Assembly (NCBI GenBank): GCA_030390025.1
Contig: CM059432.1
Coordinates: forward strand, 21,454,001 to 21,518,000
Length of the DNA stretch: 64,000 nucleotides
Reading direction: 5' to 3'
Source: Squalus acanthias
Lineage: Eukaryota
Shown: piece after piece, positions 12,201 to 25,034 of the stretch
How the letters are laid out: the number at the start of each line of letters is the position of its first letter
How positions within the stretch are numbered: position 1 is the stretch's first letter
Notes under the pieces: generated by a model
Told to the model about the DNA's origin: nothing
Database searches by the model: none
Seen by the model: only the letters and a program-made list of their open reading frames with translations
Program-made: the position numbers and the translations under genes

Positions 12201-13093
12201 ACACGCACTTGCTGACCATCGTTGACCGCACCACACGCTGGCCTGAGGCAATTCCACTGACCTCTACCACCACCACCGACATCGCCAGAGCCTTCGTCAG
12301 CACCTGGGTCGCACGGTTCGGCGTCCCCTCCGACATGACGTCGGACAGAGGTCCGCAATTTACCTCTGAACTCTGGACCGCCGTCGCACGCAATCTCGGG
12401 GTGACCATTCACCGCACCACAGCGTACCACCCCCAAGCCAACGGACTGTGTGAGCGGTTCCACAGATCCTTGAAGGCATCTCTTCGAGCCAGCCTCCAAG
12501 ACGGCGCCTGGACCGACCGACTCCGTGGGTCCTCCTCGGCCTGCGCAACGCGGTTGAAGAAGACCTCCACGCATCGGCAGCAGAGCTCGTGTACGGTCAG
12601 CCGCTGCGCGTACCCGGCGAGTTCCTGCCCACCGCCACGACACCCTGGTCAGCTGACCAGCAACGCCACGACTTCGCCTCACCGGCGCTGCAGTTCGCCC
12701 CGGTGCCCATTGCCCGGCACGGCGAATCCACCTCACACGTCCCACTAAGCCTGCACCAGGCACGGTTTGTTTTCGTCCGGCACGACGCCCACCGCGGACC
12801 CCTTCAACCCCCGTACGACGGGCCCTACAAGGTGCTACAGGCTGGTGACAAATTTTTCACCCTGCAAGTGGGCGACAGGACCGAAAAAGTGTCAGGTGGA
12901 CCGACTCAAGCCAGCACACTCAGAGCCCGGTGAGCAGGTCCCTGTAGCTCGTCCACCTCCACGCGGCCGACCTGCCCTCAAGCCGGTTCACCCGGCTGCT
13001 CCACGCCCAGCCGTTCCACGTCCACCGGCGTCCTACAAGAGCCGCTCCGGCCGGCCTATCAGACCACCGCACCGTCTCGTCCACACCTCCTAA
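9282..13093 (+). pseudogene. Gag-Pol polyprotein, disrupted (frameshift ~9540, in-frame TGA 11453-11455, frameshifts ~12520 and ~12895)
   Basis: Gag VKLPEFW..PEAWF; CYYH-X9-CTPPC knuckle; protease LCDTGA; RT YLDD; RNase H TDAS; integrase HHCC, VDIVGP, SDRGPQF, NGLCERF; GPY motif. Confidence 0.93.
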
Positions 13094-13102
13094 GCGGATT
13101 CT

Positions 13103-13110
13103 GGGGGGAG
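13103..13110 (+). promoter_or_regulatory. Polypurine tract
   Basis: GGGGGGAG just upstream of the 3' LTR. Confidence 0.8.
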
Positions 13111-13113
13111 CTG

Positions 13114-13378
13114 TGTGGCGGATCGCCACCTAAAATGGGCATAATCCACTCTTCCGTCTGTGGACAAATTTCCAGCCCCTTCCCCTTTAAGGCACATTAC
13201 CTTTAAGGCAGAAGGGGGCGGGGCCTCAGGTTTTACCCAGAGAATTCTGGGAGTTTTTAGCAGAGAATTCTGGGAGCAGTTTACTCTCAGCCTTTTTGTG
13301 TCGCATGCAGTGAATAAAAGTTTCTTGTTTTCCACATATGGATTCAGCCTCCATTCGTGTTTCGCGGCAGCCTCAACA
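13114..13378 (+). repeat. 3' LTR
   Basis: Direct repeat of 8977-9241. Confidence 0.96.
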
Positions 13379-14427
13379 ACTTCACACTTATCTATGTTGA
13401 AATTTGTTTGCCAATTATATGCCCATTCTGCAAATTTATTAATGTCTTGTTACTTATTGCAGTCCTCCTCAGTGTGTCATCTGCAAATTTTGAAATTATG
13501 TTTTTGATTCCAAATCTAAATCATTAATATAAATTGTGAACAACAGTGATCCCAGCAGTGATCCCCACTTCCCACCTTCTGCCACTCTGAATAGTTAACC
13601 TTTACTCCTACTGTTGGCTTTCTATCTTTCAGCCAGCTGGCTATTCATTCTGCTACTTGTCCCCTGACTCTAACATGCTCTGGCCTTATTCATTAGCCTA
13701 TCATGTGGTACTTTATCAAAAGCCCTTTTGGAAATCTAATATAGGGTAGGGAACGAGTGAAAAATAATTGGAAACTGAGAAGTGGCAAAAGAGGTCGTTT
13801 TCAACCTTACTCCCTAGGTGGTAACCTGGCGGAAGGGTTCACCAGCCCATTGTAGAACATGCCTGATTTTCACTGCATACTATAGACACTCCAGAGTGGA
13901 TTCCAGTCTGTATTCAGTCTAGAGTGCATATACATTGCATTCAGTCTGACATGGGTTCCAATTTGTATTCACGTAGAATTACATAGGATTAGCAGCACAG
14001 AAACAGGCCATTTAGCCCAACTAGTCTATGCCGGTGTTTATGCTCCACACGAACCTCCTCCCACCTTACTTCAACTCATCCTATCAACATATCCTTTTAT
14101 TCCTTTCTCCCTCATGCACTTACCTAGCTGTGGTAAATGCACCTATGCTATTCGCCTCAACCACTCCATGTGGGAGCAAGTTCCACATTCTCACCCCTCT
14201 CATAGTAAAGAAGTTTCTCCTGAATTCCTTATTGGATTTATTAGTGACTATCTTATGTTTTTAGCCCCTAGTTTTGGACTCTCCCACAAGTGGAAACATC
14301 TTCTCTTCGTCTACCCTATCGAACCCCTGCATAATTGTAAAGACCTCTATCAGGTCACCTCTCAGTCTTCTCTTTTCTAGAGAAAAAAGCCCCAGACTAT
14401 TCAGCCTTTCCTGATAGTTGTACCCTC

Positions 14428-15314
14428 TGTAAGATTATCATGGACTAGTTGGTTTTCAGAATACTTGCTTTAATATCTTATAATCATTAGTATCTTATAA
14501 TCATCAGTAATGGATTTATAATCGTGTGTAAGAATTAAATTTAAAAGCCTGTAATCATCAAGTGTATGCAATGGTAACCTGAATTATATAGGACATGTAA
14601 ACCTTTTGCTTATAATTAAAAGTCTGCGAGTAAGCTGTAACCAGACAACCTGAGAAAGAGGATTGCTATAGTCAAATAGTGAGGCTGTGGGTGAAAGTTG
14701 GATATTAGCCAACAGTAAGGATAAGACGGAGTACAGCTAGCCTGGGAACCAAGGTTTGGTGCAGTTGTCACTGTGTTGGAATGTTGTAACATCCGCAGTG
14801 AATTAAAAAAAAGCAAAGGTCAACAGCAAGGGCCGTATCTCAACCTATGGAGACATATTCCTTTTGTGTTGCCATAACTACCCCAGATATGAGTCTTGAT
14901 GGTCAAAAACAAATGATGTAAGACTGTCATCAGACTAAAAACCTGTGTAAGCCAGGGTGCTACGAACATGGCATCTTTATGATTGAATTTTGGGTTGGGG
15001 GTCAGCCAGTGATTGGTTCAGGAGGACTCCATGGGTTTTGAATGAGAGGAAGGCTATAAGAAGGGGGTCTTAACAGCCACAAATTGTAGAAGATTTCAGG
15101 AGTAGAAGATTTCAGGAACAATCACGGAGACACCCAGAAGACGGCTTCTACCCAGAGAATATGTGGTAATATAAGTCTCAATTATACTCTGTAAACTGCT
15201 GCATGAATAGTGTACTGCATTAAGTCTTGCTTGTGCTGAATAAAGTTAAATCACTGTCCCCAATACGGGCCAACCTTGAATCATTTGGAACCAGGTTCCG
15301 TCTGGGATCTTAAA
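14428..15314 (+). mobile_element. Solo LTR (887 bp)
   Basis: TGTAAGAT...ATCTTAAA termini; 4-bp TSD CCTC on both sides; TATAAG ~15055; AATAAA ~15239; homologous 3' end at 56324-56473. Confidence 0.8.
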
Positions 15315-15417
15315 CCTCTCAGTTCTGATATCATCCTTGTAAATCTTTTTGCACCTTCTCCAGTGCCTCTCTATCCTTTCTATAATATGGAGACCAGAAC
15401 TGTGCACAATACTCTAT

Positions 15418-16174
15418 GGGCTAGAAATTGGCCTTCTTTGCGCCTCCCTTTATCGCCTCCGGTGGGGTGGGAGTGGGGGGGGGTGCGATAACGGGACGCT
15501 AACAGCTTACCGACCAGGCGTGGCAAAAGAAACGACTTCCGTGAAATTCAGTGGGGGGAGGGGTAGCGCCACCTCGATCTCCTGCGCCCCGGAGGTCGTG
15601 ATGTCATCTGGTGCGCATTGCCCCATTACCGCCCCGGATCCTAAATTCGCTTCCGCCCCCTGCAGCTTCGCCGGGAGTCAGCAACGGCAGCTGCAGGAGG
15701 CGTTGTTACCTCGGCCGGCCGCTTGGGGAACGGTAATTAAAGTGACTGGTGGCCAAAATCTTTTCTCACCCCTTTGTGCTGTTTTGTTTCATTTTTCATT
15801 GCCGCGATTGATCAGCTCTGCACTCTCTTAGAGTGCTTGGGGCTGTTCCTCGCGGATCGCGGGTGCTGCCTCCGACCTATCCCCAGCCTTACCTTTGACT
15901 GCTGCGATCATTGGCCCTTCCCTTTAAGAGAGGGAAGGAGCCTGTGAATCTGGCAGCGTTGCACAGAACATTGCTCAGCGCTCTGCCGATACTGCCCCTC
16001 TCACTCCCTTTAGCGCTCTAAGGGAAGTGGTAGCGCTTGACTTAGCGTTCCACTTCCTTCATGGAGCGCTACAACTGAATTTCGCGGGAGCCTCTCATCA
16101 TTAGCGCCTGGTGATCATTTTTCCGCTTCCGAAGTTTTAGCAACCCAAATGGGGCTATAATGAATTTCTCCCCC
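15418..16174 (+). mobile_element. Non-autonomous Harbinger element (family A)
   Basis: GGGCTAGAAATT...AATTTCTCCCCC; right end GGGCTATAATGAATTTCTCCCCC identical to 33638-33660; flanks TAT/TAA. Confidence 0.8.
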
Positions 16175-16307
16175 TAAGTGTGGTCTAACCGAGGTTCGAG
16201 ACAAGTTTAACATAACTTCTCTGCTTTTCAATTCTATTCCTCTAGAAATGGCCCCAAGTGCTTTGTTTGCATTTTTCATGGCCTTGTTAACCTGGAGTGA
16301 AGTCTAT

Positions 16308-16987
16308 GGGGGAAAAATTGAGTCGCGCCCCGAAAAAATTAGCGTCCCCTGCAGCCGATATTCACCGGTAGCGCCCCAAGAGGGAAGCGGGGTGCTACTG
16401 GAAGCGCCCCGCCTCCCTCTTGGGGCACCGTGAGTGAATCTCACGGCGCTACGTGCAGCAGCGCCACGCGCTGCGGCACATCGCGCCGTGGTACTGCAGG
16501 CCTTCCTCCCCTTCTTAAAGGGGAGGGGCCTAGCGCAGCGCGACCCGGGGCCCAGCTGGGCCACCAGGGATCGTAGTGCTGGCAAAAGACCCCAGCACTC
16601 AAGAGAAGTGCCGGGCTCACGGAGCGCAGCTGGCACTCCACGGGGGGGGGGGGGGGGCGGCTGCAGAGGAGGCTGGGGATGGCAGAGGGGGCAGGTGCTG
16701 GCAGGCAGCCAGCAACAAAAATGGACTGCCCGGCACTTTCCCTATAATTAGCGCCGCCCTGGCTGCAGGTAGGCCTCCCTGACCCCGTCAGACATAGCAT
16801 CCGGCGGTAAGTCAGGGGGCGCTACCGAAGATCGCGGCCGGGGCGCTGCGCACGGCAATGACGTCATCGTCGGCGGTGCAGCACCGTGGAGCGCTAACAG
16901 TTACCGCCGCCGCTAACCTCCCGCTGAATTTCGCGGGAGACGTTGGTGGCGCTAACGGGAGGCGCAAAGCAACCAAATTTTTAGACC
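16308..16987 (-). mobile_element. Non-autonomous Harbinger element (family A)
   Basis: GGGGGAAAAATT...AATTTTTAGACC; TSD TAT/TAT; subterminal GGGAGGCGCAAA shared with 38500-38529. Confidence 0.78.
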
Positions 16988-16994
16988 TATATCT

Positions 16995-17365
16995 CATTAA
17001 TTCTGGAGTGGATACACATAGTATTCACCCTGAATGAAGTTCATGCTACATTCATTTAGGAGTGGGGTCCACATTGCATTCACTTTGAAGTAGATTCCAC
17101 ACCTAAATCACTTTGGAGTGAGGATTACAGTTCATTCACACTGGAGTGCTACATATGTGCTACATAATTATGAATTCACTGGAGTTGAAATATACTGCAT
17201 GGATTCTGGAGTGGAGTCCATGCTTCATTCAGTCTGGAGTTGAGCCCACACCACATTCAGTCTGGAGTGGAGCCAACACCACATTCAGTCTGAATTTGAG
17301 ACTGCACCAGATACAGTCTGGAGTAGATCCACGTCTCAATCAGTCTGGAGCGGAGTCCGCGCTGC
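16995..17365. repeat. Degenerate tandem repeat (CATTCAGTCTGGAGTGGAGTCCAC-like)
   Basis: Repeated TTCA..CTGGAGT motif; related short run at ~13880-13975. Confidence 0.6.
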
Positions 17366-18579
17366 AGGGAATATTTTGTGAGGCACTTCTCCTAGTGTAA
17401 GTCCTTGCTCAATGGGAGCTGGATCAGAGAATCAGCTGCAGAGATCAGCATGTCCAATTCACAGTGCTCTCAATTTTCTGGTGATTAATTGGAATTTTAA
17501 TTAGAATCAGGAGTGCCAAGAACTGGGCATGCTGACCACTGTGCCCCATCATGATCTGCATTCTAATCGAGCGAAGCTTTGCACCAGCAGCCTTGCCTCG
17601 TAAAATTTCTGCTGCTTTCACTCTGGCATTAACTTGACCAACAAGCTATTCATTTCTATTTATTCCGATGGGGACCAATGCAATAGGATTTTAAGTGCAG
17701 CTATGCTTTTGCCTTGTTTTATTATAGATCTTAACCAGCAAAAGAAATGAGTACCAGATACCACACACAGGTTTTATTAGACATGCACTTTTAGCAAGAG
17801 GCACTATTGACTTCTCTGGATGATTACAGGGTGGACTTGTTTCTGGAGCAGCCAGTGTTAATAAAGCGACATAGTAAGCATTTCCCCAGTGATTTTGACA
17901 CCTTTTCCTTTTTGGTTACAGTTTACAATCTATGCTGTCGGAGGTGTCACAATGATGCGATTGCACACTGGATGATGGAATCCTTGCAATGTCTCTGCAC
18001 AAATTGTGATCCCACTGCATTTTTAAATAGATTTCTAACTGAATTAAAGAGTGAAAACGTTCCCTCGCTGCTACCCAGGAGCTTCCCAGTCGATATGGCT
18101 CAGCTGTTTAAGGCACTGAGTAGCTGAGCATATGGACTGGGAATGACCCAAGTACGATCTCTGGCGTGTGCTCGGTTAGCTAAACTATCGAGTGAAAATG
18201 CTGAACAAAATAGGACAAAAACAGGACTGAAAAATGTGCCAAACACACAGCACAAATTATTGCAAGCAGTGGGGAAGAAGCTAGGCTAGAAATTCCTCTA
18301 CTGGCCTGCTGGGGGCAGATCTAGGACAGGGCAGAACTTCCACTCACCCCATAGATATACCCCTGATCCCTTCTGAAATTCCAGGGTCAAGCTAAACGGC
18401 ATAACGTTGGGGGGCACCCATGCTATTTTCAGCACTACTGGAGCACTCACCTGAGTGGAGTGAGGGATTTCGCTCTGGCTCCTTGCCGCAGCATAGGAGG
18501 GCTGGCTTATGCTGGGTGAAGGTCTCCAAAAATAGTTCAAAAATGACATTCTTTTAACATGGCCATTGGAATTTTTTTT

Positions 18580-18995
18580 TTTCTAATTCGCTTATGGGAT
18601 CTGGGCGTCGCTGGCAAGGCCAGCATTTATTGCCCATCCCTAATTGCCCTTGAGAAGGTGGTGGGGAGCCGCCTTCTTGAACCGCTGCTGTCCGTGTGGT
18701 GAAGGTACTCCCACAGTGCTGTTAGGTAGGGAGTTCCAGGATTTTGACCCAGCGACGATGAAGGATCGGCGATATACTTCTAAGTCAGGATGATGTGTGA
18801 CTTGGAGGGGAACTTGGAGGTGGTGGTGTTCCCATGCGCTTGCTGCCCTTGTCCTTCTAGGTGGTAGAGGTCGCGGGTTTGGGAGGTGCTGCCGAAGAAG
18901 CCTTGGCGAGTTGCTGCAGTGCATCTTGTGGATGGTACACACTGCAGCCACGGTACACCGGTGGTGGAGAGAGTGAATGTTTAAGCTGGTGGAAT
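18580..18995 (-). mobile_element. LINE family B 3'-end fragment
   Basis: Near-identical to 58870-59280; T-run (poly-A) at ~18572. Confidence 0.9.
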
Positions 18996-19717
18996 TGATT
19001 GAGTGCTGCTGGGGCGGCCTCTTAAATTATTGTAGATCCGTCAGGCTCAAGTCCTGGCGTGCTGATATGCTTCCTTCGTGCATGTGTACATTGCGCAACT
19101 CAAGCGGGACTGACAAAAAATTTTGGAATGGATGACTTCATCTCGCCAGTCCCACCTCTATCATTTACGATTGCACGGAAGAGGGCAGATGCAAGAAGCG
19201 CCCTTCTCCAATTCCAGTGGAATGTGGCAATTGACAAAAAAAGACGTGTAACCAGAACCCACCCTCCCAGGTTGTGTGAATTAATATGAGTTACAGGGCT
19301 ACTGTATTCATTAAGTAGGTATCAAATAAGACCTCAAGGTCTTGTTTCTCTGAACCCTGTTATTTACCTGTAATTTTTTTTTTAATTAAGATACTTAGGT
19401 GAAGGGGGCGAAGACCCATTATTGCAGGACTCTGCAGTGGATGAAGAGTAAAGATAAGGTAAATCAAGAAGTAGAGCTTTGTTGTTACTAAACTTTGGTT
19501 TCAATGGCCTGTGTTATGAGAATGAGGCAGACATGATTGATTAGGGGAAAGGGAGAGAATAGAGACAAAAAAGAACCATCTCAGGACACTGGATCATCCT
19601 TGTGGAATTTGGCAGTGCTTATGAGAGGTGTTGGTAATATATAAAGGTATGCATACAGAAGGCAGTTTAGAATGTAAACAGATTCACTTCAGTTAAATTC
19701 TTGACTACGCACTAAGC

Positions 19718-20284
19718 GGGGCCAAGTTTAAGTTATTGCAACTGGTGTACAACTGGGGCTGTAAAGCCTCAAAATAAGGTTGGTAGCTTTAACGCTCCAT
19801 TACCTCCAATGATGCAGCCGGTGCCATTTGGGAAGGGGTCTACCACTGGGCATCCAAAGTGCTTGCCTGCTTCAGGCGTTAGGTTCCTCTTAATATGCAA
19901 ATCAAGGTCCGCAGACCCCGATTGCCATTTAAGTTTGGAATTGCCGTGCTCGCTCCAATCAGTTCCACAGGCAATAGGGGAGAAGAGGCACAGCAAAATG
20001 TTGAAATTATTTTGTGACACCTGGAGGAGCTCTTCTGGGCCCGACAAGAATAACATGGACTCTTCCACGACGGCGACCCGTCCCCTCCCTCCCCTGCACT
20101 TTCTTTGCTGCCCAATATTGGCCAGCCTTAAGGGTGCATCAGGACGCCTGTTTGTCGCCCTGCAGCTCACCGGCTCGATACAAGTGAGGCTGGGGCCTCA
20201 AAATCATGGGCATTCTTCGCCGCGGATATGGGCAACCGACAGGCACGCTCTGCCAATCAGTTGCCCAAAGGTCAAAATCGACTC
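19718..20284. mobile_element. Degraded GC-rich MITE-like element
   Basis: GGGGCC start, AAAATCGACTC end, TTAATATGCAAAT motif; boundaries uncertain. Confidence 0.4.
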
Positions 20285-20869
20285 TGATGTGTTTTTTTGT
20301 GTCAGGATGTGCAAGGGGCTTTTTTTTAGCATTCTTCTCTGTAATAACTGTCTGGAGCCTGAAAAGCTTTTATCATGTACAGAGGGGACTGCTTAACTGA
20401 GGTACTTTGAGAATAAACTAGCGCAACTTAATTGGAATAAAAACATATTTGGAAAATTCACCTTTAAGTAGCTGTCTGCTCCAATATTATAAAATGATGT
20501 TATGTAAGGTATCCTAGCAACAATGGCAGTTATATTTAGATGTAAAATAAATCCCTTTTCATCAACAAATGGATATAATTACAGGTCATTTTACTGCGCT
20601 TTACATTTTATATCCACGCTACGGGTAGTTAATGAAGCTAGATGAGCAGGCAAGCACTCCAGCGAGTTATACAAAATATGGGCTGCATCTGCCTCATATA
20701 GGCTCAGCTTGATGATTTGGCCAATTAATTGTGCATGTCACTGTCCATGTTCCATGACTAGCATGCAAAAATATTAAACAAGTACTTGACCATTAGCTGC
20801 ATTTAAAATAATAATAATACTTGCATTTATCTGGAGTCATATTAGATTAAGTAGATAAAAATAATAGGC

Positions 20870-21135
20870 ATTCAGCATCAGTCATTCCGCAGACAGCAAT
20901 GAGATGAATCATCCAGTCAATCTTGTTTTTTTTTGCTTGTGTTGGTTAAGGGACAAATGTTGGCCAGGGCAACAGTAGAATACCCTGCTCTTCATTGATT
21001 AGTGCAAGGCAGCGTTAATGTCTACCGGAATCACCAGATCAAAGAGATGGGATCTCAGTTTAACATCTTATCCCAAAACATGGGACCTCGAAGCAATTCT
21101 TCAGTACTACACTGGACTGCCAACTTAGAGTACAT
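20870..21135 (-). mobile_element. DeuSINE-like SINE, degraded
   Basis: AAATGTTGGCCAGG..CTGCTCTTC..TTTAACATC..CAGTACTACACTGG, reverse of the SINE core. Confidence 0.6.
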
Positions 21136-21344
21136 ACAAGTGGCCTGGTGTGACTGTGAAAGAGCAGCATTGGGTAATGCCAAGATAGCAAGGGCATTTT
21201 TCCCAGCGCTGAACAAGTCAGATGAGGCAAAAAGTATCCTGGCCATTCCAATTCACGTTATCCCATCTAGATCAGATAAGAAATAGCAAACACCATCCAC
21301 CAACCAAAATAAACGTTGACATAAATCACAGCATCTAGATACAA

Positions 21345-21950
21345 CCAGGTCAGAGGCTGGGTATTCTGCAGTGAGTGTCTCACCTCCTGACTCCCCAATG
21401 CCTTTCCACCATCTACAAGGCACAAGTCAGGAGTGTGAGGGATACTCTCCACTTGTCTGGATGAGTGCAGCTCCAACAACACTCAAGAAGCTCAACACCA
21501 TCCAGGACAAAGCAGCCCGCTTGATTGGCACCCGACCCACCACCTTAAACATTCACTCTCTCCACCACCGGTGCACTGTGGCTGCAGTGTGTACCATCTA
21601 CAAGATGCACTGCAGCAACTCGCCAAGGCTTCTTCGGCAGCACCTCCCAAACCCGCGACCTCTTCCACCTAGAAGGACTAGGGCAGCAGGCGCATGGGAA
21701 CACCACCACCTCCAAGTTCCCCTCCAAGTCACACACCATCCTGACATGGAAATATATCGCCATTCCTTCATAGTCGCTGGTTCAAAATCCTGGAACTCCC
21801 TCCCTAAGAGCACTGTGGGAGTACCTTCACCACACAGACTGCAGCGGTTCAAGAAGGTGGCTCGCCACCACCTTCTCAAGGGCAATTAGGGATGGGCAAT
21901 AAATACTGGTCTTGCCAGCGCTGACCACGTCCCAGGAACAAATTTTTAAA
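21345..21950 (+). mobile_element. LINE family B 3' fragment
   Basis: YSPLVWMSAAPTTLKKLNTIQDKAARLIG; ends in GGGATGGGCAATAAAT.. Confidence 0.9.
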
Positions 21951-21954
21951 AAGA

Positions 21955-22110
21955 TCTGAGAGGGCAGACAGGCCTTGGTTCAACATGTAACATCCAAAAG
22001 ATGGCATACCGATAATGCAGCCCTCTCTCAGTACTGCACTGAAGTGTCAGCCTTGAGTTTGTCTCTGGAATGGGAATTGAACCCACAACCTTCTGACTCA
22101 GAGGCAGAGG
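21955..22110 (-). mobile_element. DeuSINE-like SINE 5' fragment
   Basis: CTCTCAGTACTGCACTGAAGTGTCAGCC..AACCCACAACCTTCTGACTCAGAGG. Confidence 0.65.
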
Positions 22111-22527
22111 CTAACATGTCATTAGATTTAAAATGTGTTAATCTTGCTCTTCCTGAAGAGGATCTTAACCAGTGCTCCTAATGTTTTCTGCGAATTGCCC
22201 TGCTAAACTAGGTTCATAGAATCATACAGCACAGAAAGAGACCATTAGACCATCGTGTCTGTATCAGCTTTTTGAAAGAGTTATCCAATTAGTCCCAATC
22301 CCTTGCTTTTTCCCCATAGCCCTGCAATTTTCTTCCTTTTCAGGAATATATAGAATTTTCTTTTAAAAGTTACTTTTGAATCTTCCATCGCCCTTTCAGG
22401 CAGTGCATTACGAATCATAAAAACTCACTGCATAAAATAATTTCTCCTCATCTCATCCCTGGATTTTTTGCCAATTATGTTAATTCTGTGTCCTCTGGTT
22501 ACCGACACTTCTGCCAGAGGAAACAAT

Positions 22528-23294
22528 GGGCCAGAAATTAGGCTCAATGGCTTCCCGCGGGTGCAAGGATCGCGCACGCACCTACCGACCACGCCTGCCG
22601 TTGACCTCTGGGCCCACAGGGGACTTCGGCTCCTGGGCCTCCTGCAACTGCCGGCGCGCAGTGCTTGCGTATCCCAGGGGCGCAGTTAGTGCGATGCGTC
22701 CCCTGGGATCACGTGGGCCATGGAGAGCCAATGGCAGCAGACCATCTTTCATTCATAGATTTGACAGGAAGACCTGTCAAATCTATGAATACAGATCGGC
22801 CCCAAAACATCCCTAAAACTACAAATACATTTTTTTAAAAACATCACATTTTTTAAATAACTATAAATTACATTAATTAACTATTTTAAACAAAAATTTT
22901 AATTTTTGAAAAAATTAATTACACTTTTTAATGGGGTTAAAACTAAACTTACCTTTCTTTAAAGTAATTAAAAAAGATAAATCTGTGAAAAAAATGTTTA
23001 CATTTTAATAAAATCAACACTTACCTTGTTAAAAGAAGGCCTTGCGCCTCCTTTTTCAATGTGTATCTTCTCCGTGCTTACCCTCACGGAGGAACCTGTA
23101 AAAAAAAACGAAGTGCGAGGCGAACGCGCTGGCCCTCCGGCGTGCGCGTTCGACCTCTGAACCCCTTCCTTCAGGGGAACGGAAGTGCCAGTTTCCCGCG
23201 CATGCGCAGTGCATGCAAGAAACCGGCACTTTTGTTCCGTCCACGGGTGAGTACCCAACGCGTACTCACCCGTGGCGAGCCTAATTTCTGCCCC
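22528..23294 (-). mobile_element. Harbinger-type MITE (hairpin family H)
   Basis: TIR GGGCCAGAAATTAGGCTC vs GGGGCAGAAATTAGGCTC (17/18); TSD AAT; internal 18-bp palindrome. Confidence 0.88.
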
Positions 23295-23571
23295 AATATC
23301 TCCCTATCTATTATATCAAAACCCTTCATAATTTTGATCACCTCTATTAAATTTTCCCTTAACCTTTTCTGCTCTAAGAATACAATCCCAGCTTCTCATA
23401 ACTGAAGTCCCTCATTTCTGATACCATTCTGGTAAACCTCCTCTCCACACTCTCCAAGGCCTTGACATTCTTCCTAAAGTGTGGTGTCCAGAATTGGACA
23501 CAATACTCTAGCTAAGGCCTATCCAGTGATTTATAAAGGTTTAGCATAACTTCCTTTCTGTTGAACTCTAT

Positions 23572-24277
23572 GGGGGCGAAATTGGGTGCCTTTGTGCCTC
23601 CCGTTACTGCCCCCGGGGGCACTAACGGGGCGCAAATGGCTTTGCGACCGGGCGCGGTGCTGACATCGACTCCTGCCATATTTGGCGGGAGTTTTGCAGT
23701 GGCCCTATAGCATTGCGCCCCGATCTCCTTCGCCCGGAGATTGTGACGTCATCGCTGTGCGCATCACCCCGGACCTGAAATTGACTTCCGCCCCTGCAGC
23801 GATGGTCGAAAACACCGACAGCTGTAGGAGTTGTGCATCGGGTGGACGGCCACTTCGGGGCCGATGATGAAGGCGAGGTGGCCGAGATAAGTAAAAAAAA
23901 AACTTACCTTTCCTGTTCCAGTTTCTTTCGCGGGTTCCTGCCTTCGATCAATCAGGATTGCGGCTGCCTTGGTGGTCCAGGTAGGTACTTATTAAATTGC
24001 AGAGCCTGCAGCGATGGCCCATCCCTTTAAGGGAGGGAAGGAGCCTTTGAACGCGGCAGCGCTGCACGGCCCAGTGTTCAATGCTGCTGAAGTCTCTGCC
24101 CCGCCTGCTGCCGATTACACTCCAAGAAGGAAGAGGAGCTTGATTTAGTGCTCCACTTCCTTCTTGGAGCGCAAACGGTGAATTTTTCAAAAGTTTGAAA
24201 TCGTTAGCGCCTGGCACTAACTTTTCAAACTTTTAAAAATTACCGCCCCAAATGGGACAATAGTGAATTTCTCTCCC
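23572..24277 (+). mobile_element. Non-autonomous Harbinger element (family A)
   Basis: GGGGGCGAAATTGG...GAATTTCTCTCCC; colinear with 15418-16174. Confidence 0.8.
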
Positions 24278-25034
24278 GTGCCTCTATTTATAAAGCCAAG
24301 GATCTCACATCCATTTTTTAACAGCCTTATCAACTTGTCCTGCCACCTTCAAAGATTTGTGCACATGAACCCCTACATCTCTGTTCCTGTCCCCTTTTAA
24401 ATTGTACCATTTAATTTATATTGCCTCTCTTCGTTTTTCCTTTCAAAATGCATTACTTCACACTTCTCTGCATTAAATTTCATCTGTTATGTGTCTGCCC
24501 ATTTCACCAGTCTGTTTATGACCTCCTGAAGCCTGCTACTATCCTCCTCACTGTTTACTGCATTTCCAAGATTTGTGTCATCTGCAAACTTTGAAATGAT
24601 GCCCACTATACCCAGGTCCAGGTCATTAATACTAAAGGGAAATCTATTTCAAACATCCCTGACAAGAAGAAGAACTTTAACACAAAAGAAAACTTTTAAT
24701 GATGGCTATACTGCTTTGGAATGCAAGTGGACAGCAGAGTGTGGAGGAGCATTTTTAACAGACATTACTCATACAGGGACAGGTCTGGAGTTGCTAAGGA
24801 ACAGTGGAACTGACCAGCACTGTCTTGAGATAAGATCCTCATTAAACTGCAACAAGTGACACGCATGATGAAGTAACCCCACTAAACTTTAAACCAATCA
24901 TGAACAACAAGGAGAAAAGCCGTGCTTGAATGAGCCAATGATGGAGATATACACGTGAACGCCACATGAAGGATAAATGTATCCTGGTCTAACTAAGAGA
25001 AGACATCTAAAGATTCTAACTGACTTCAAGTGAG

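Larger units (their letters stand above)
8977..13378 (+). mobile_element. Full-length Ty3/Gypsy LTR retrotransposon, CsRn1-clade-like
   Basis: Two 265-bp TG..CA LTRs, 4-bp TSD ACTT (8973-8976, 13379-13382), PBS, PPT and gag-PR-RT-RH-IN order. Confidence 0.96.
8185..13740 (-). mobile_element. CR1 LINE fragment (8185-8976 and 13383-13740) interrupted by the Gypsy element
   Basis: LYRTLVRPHLKYCVQFWSP motif; sequence continues across the ACTT target duplication. Confidence 0.85.
13975..16293 (-). mobile_element. CR1 LINE 3' fragment interrupted by a solo LTR and a MITE
   Basis: CR1 sequence similar to 8185-8900 runs 13975-14427, 15315-15417 and 16175-16293. Confidence 0.8.
22215..24630 (-). mobile_element. 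CR1 LINE 3' portion interrupted by two MITEs
   Basis: Colinear with 7193-8015; segments 22215-22527, 23295-23571 and 24278-24630. Confidence 0.82.

Noticed and set aside
9965..13129. Many antisense and alternate-frame ORFs over the Gypsy interior
   Set aside because: Expected shadows of a GC-rich coding region; no independent motifs
18640..18951. Recurrent 'HHHLQVPLQVTHH' protein as a multicopy gene family
   Set aside because: It is the 3' end of LINE family B, present in six copies
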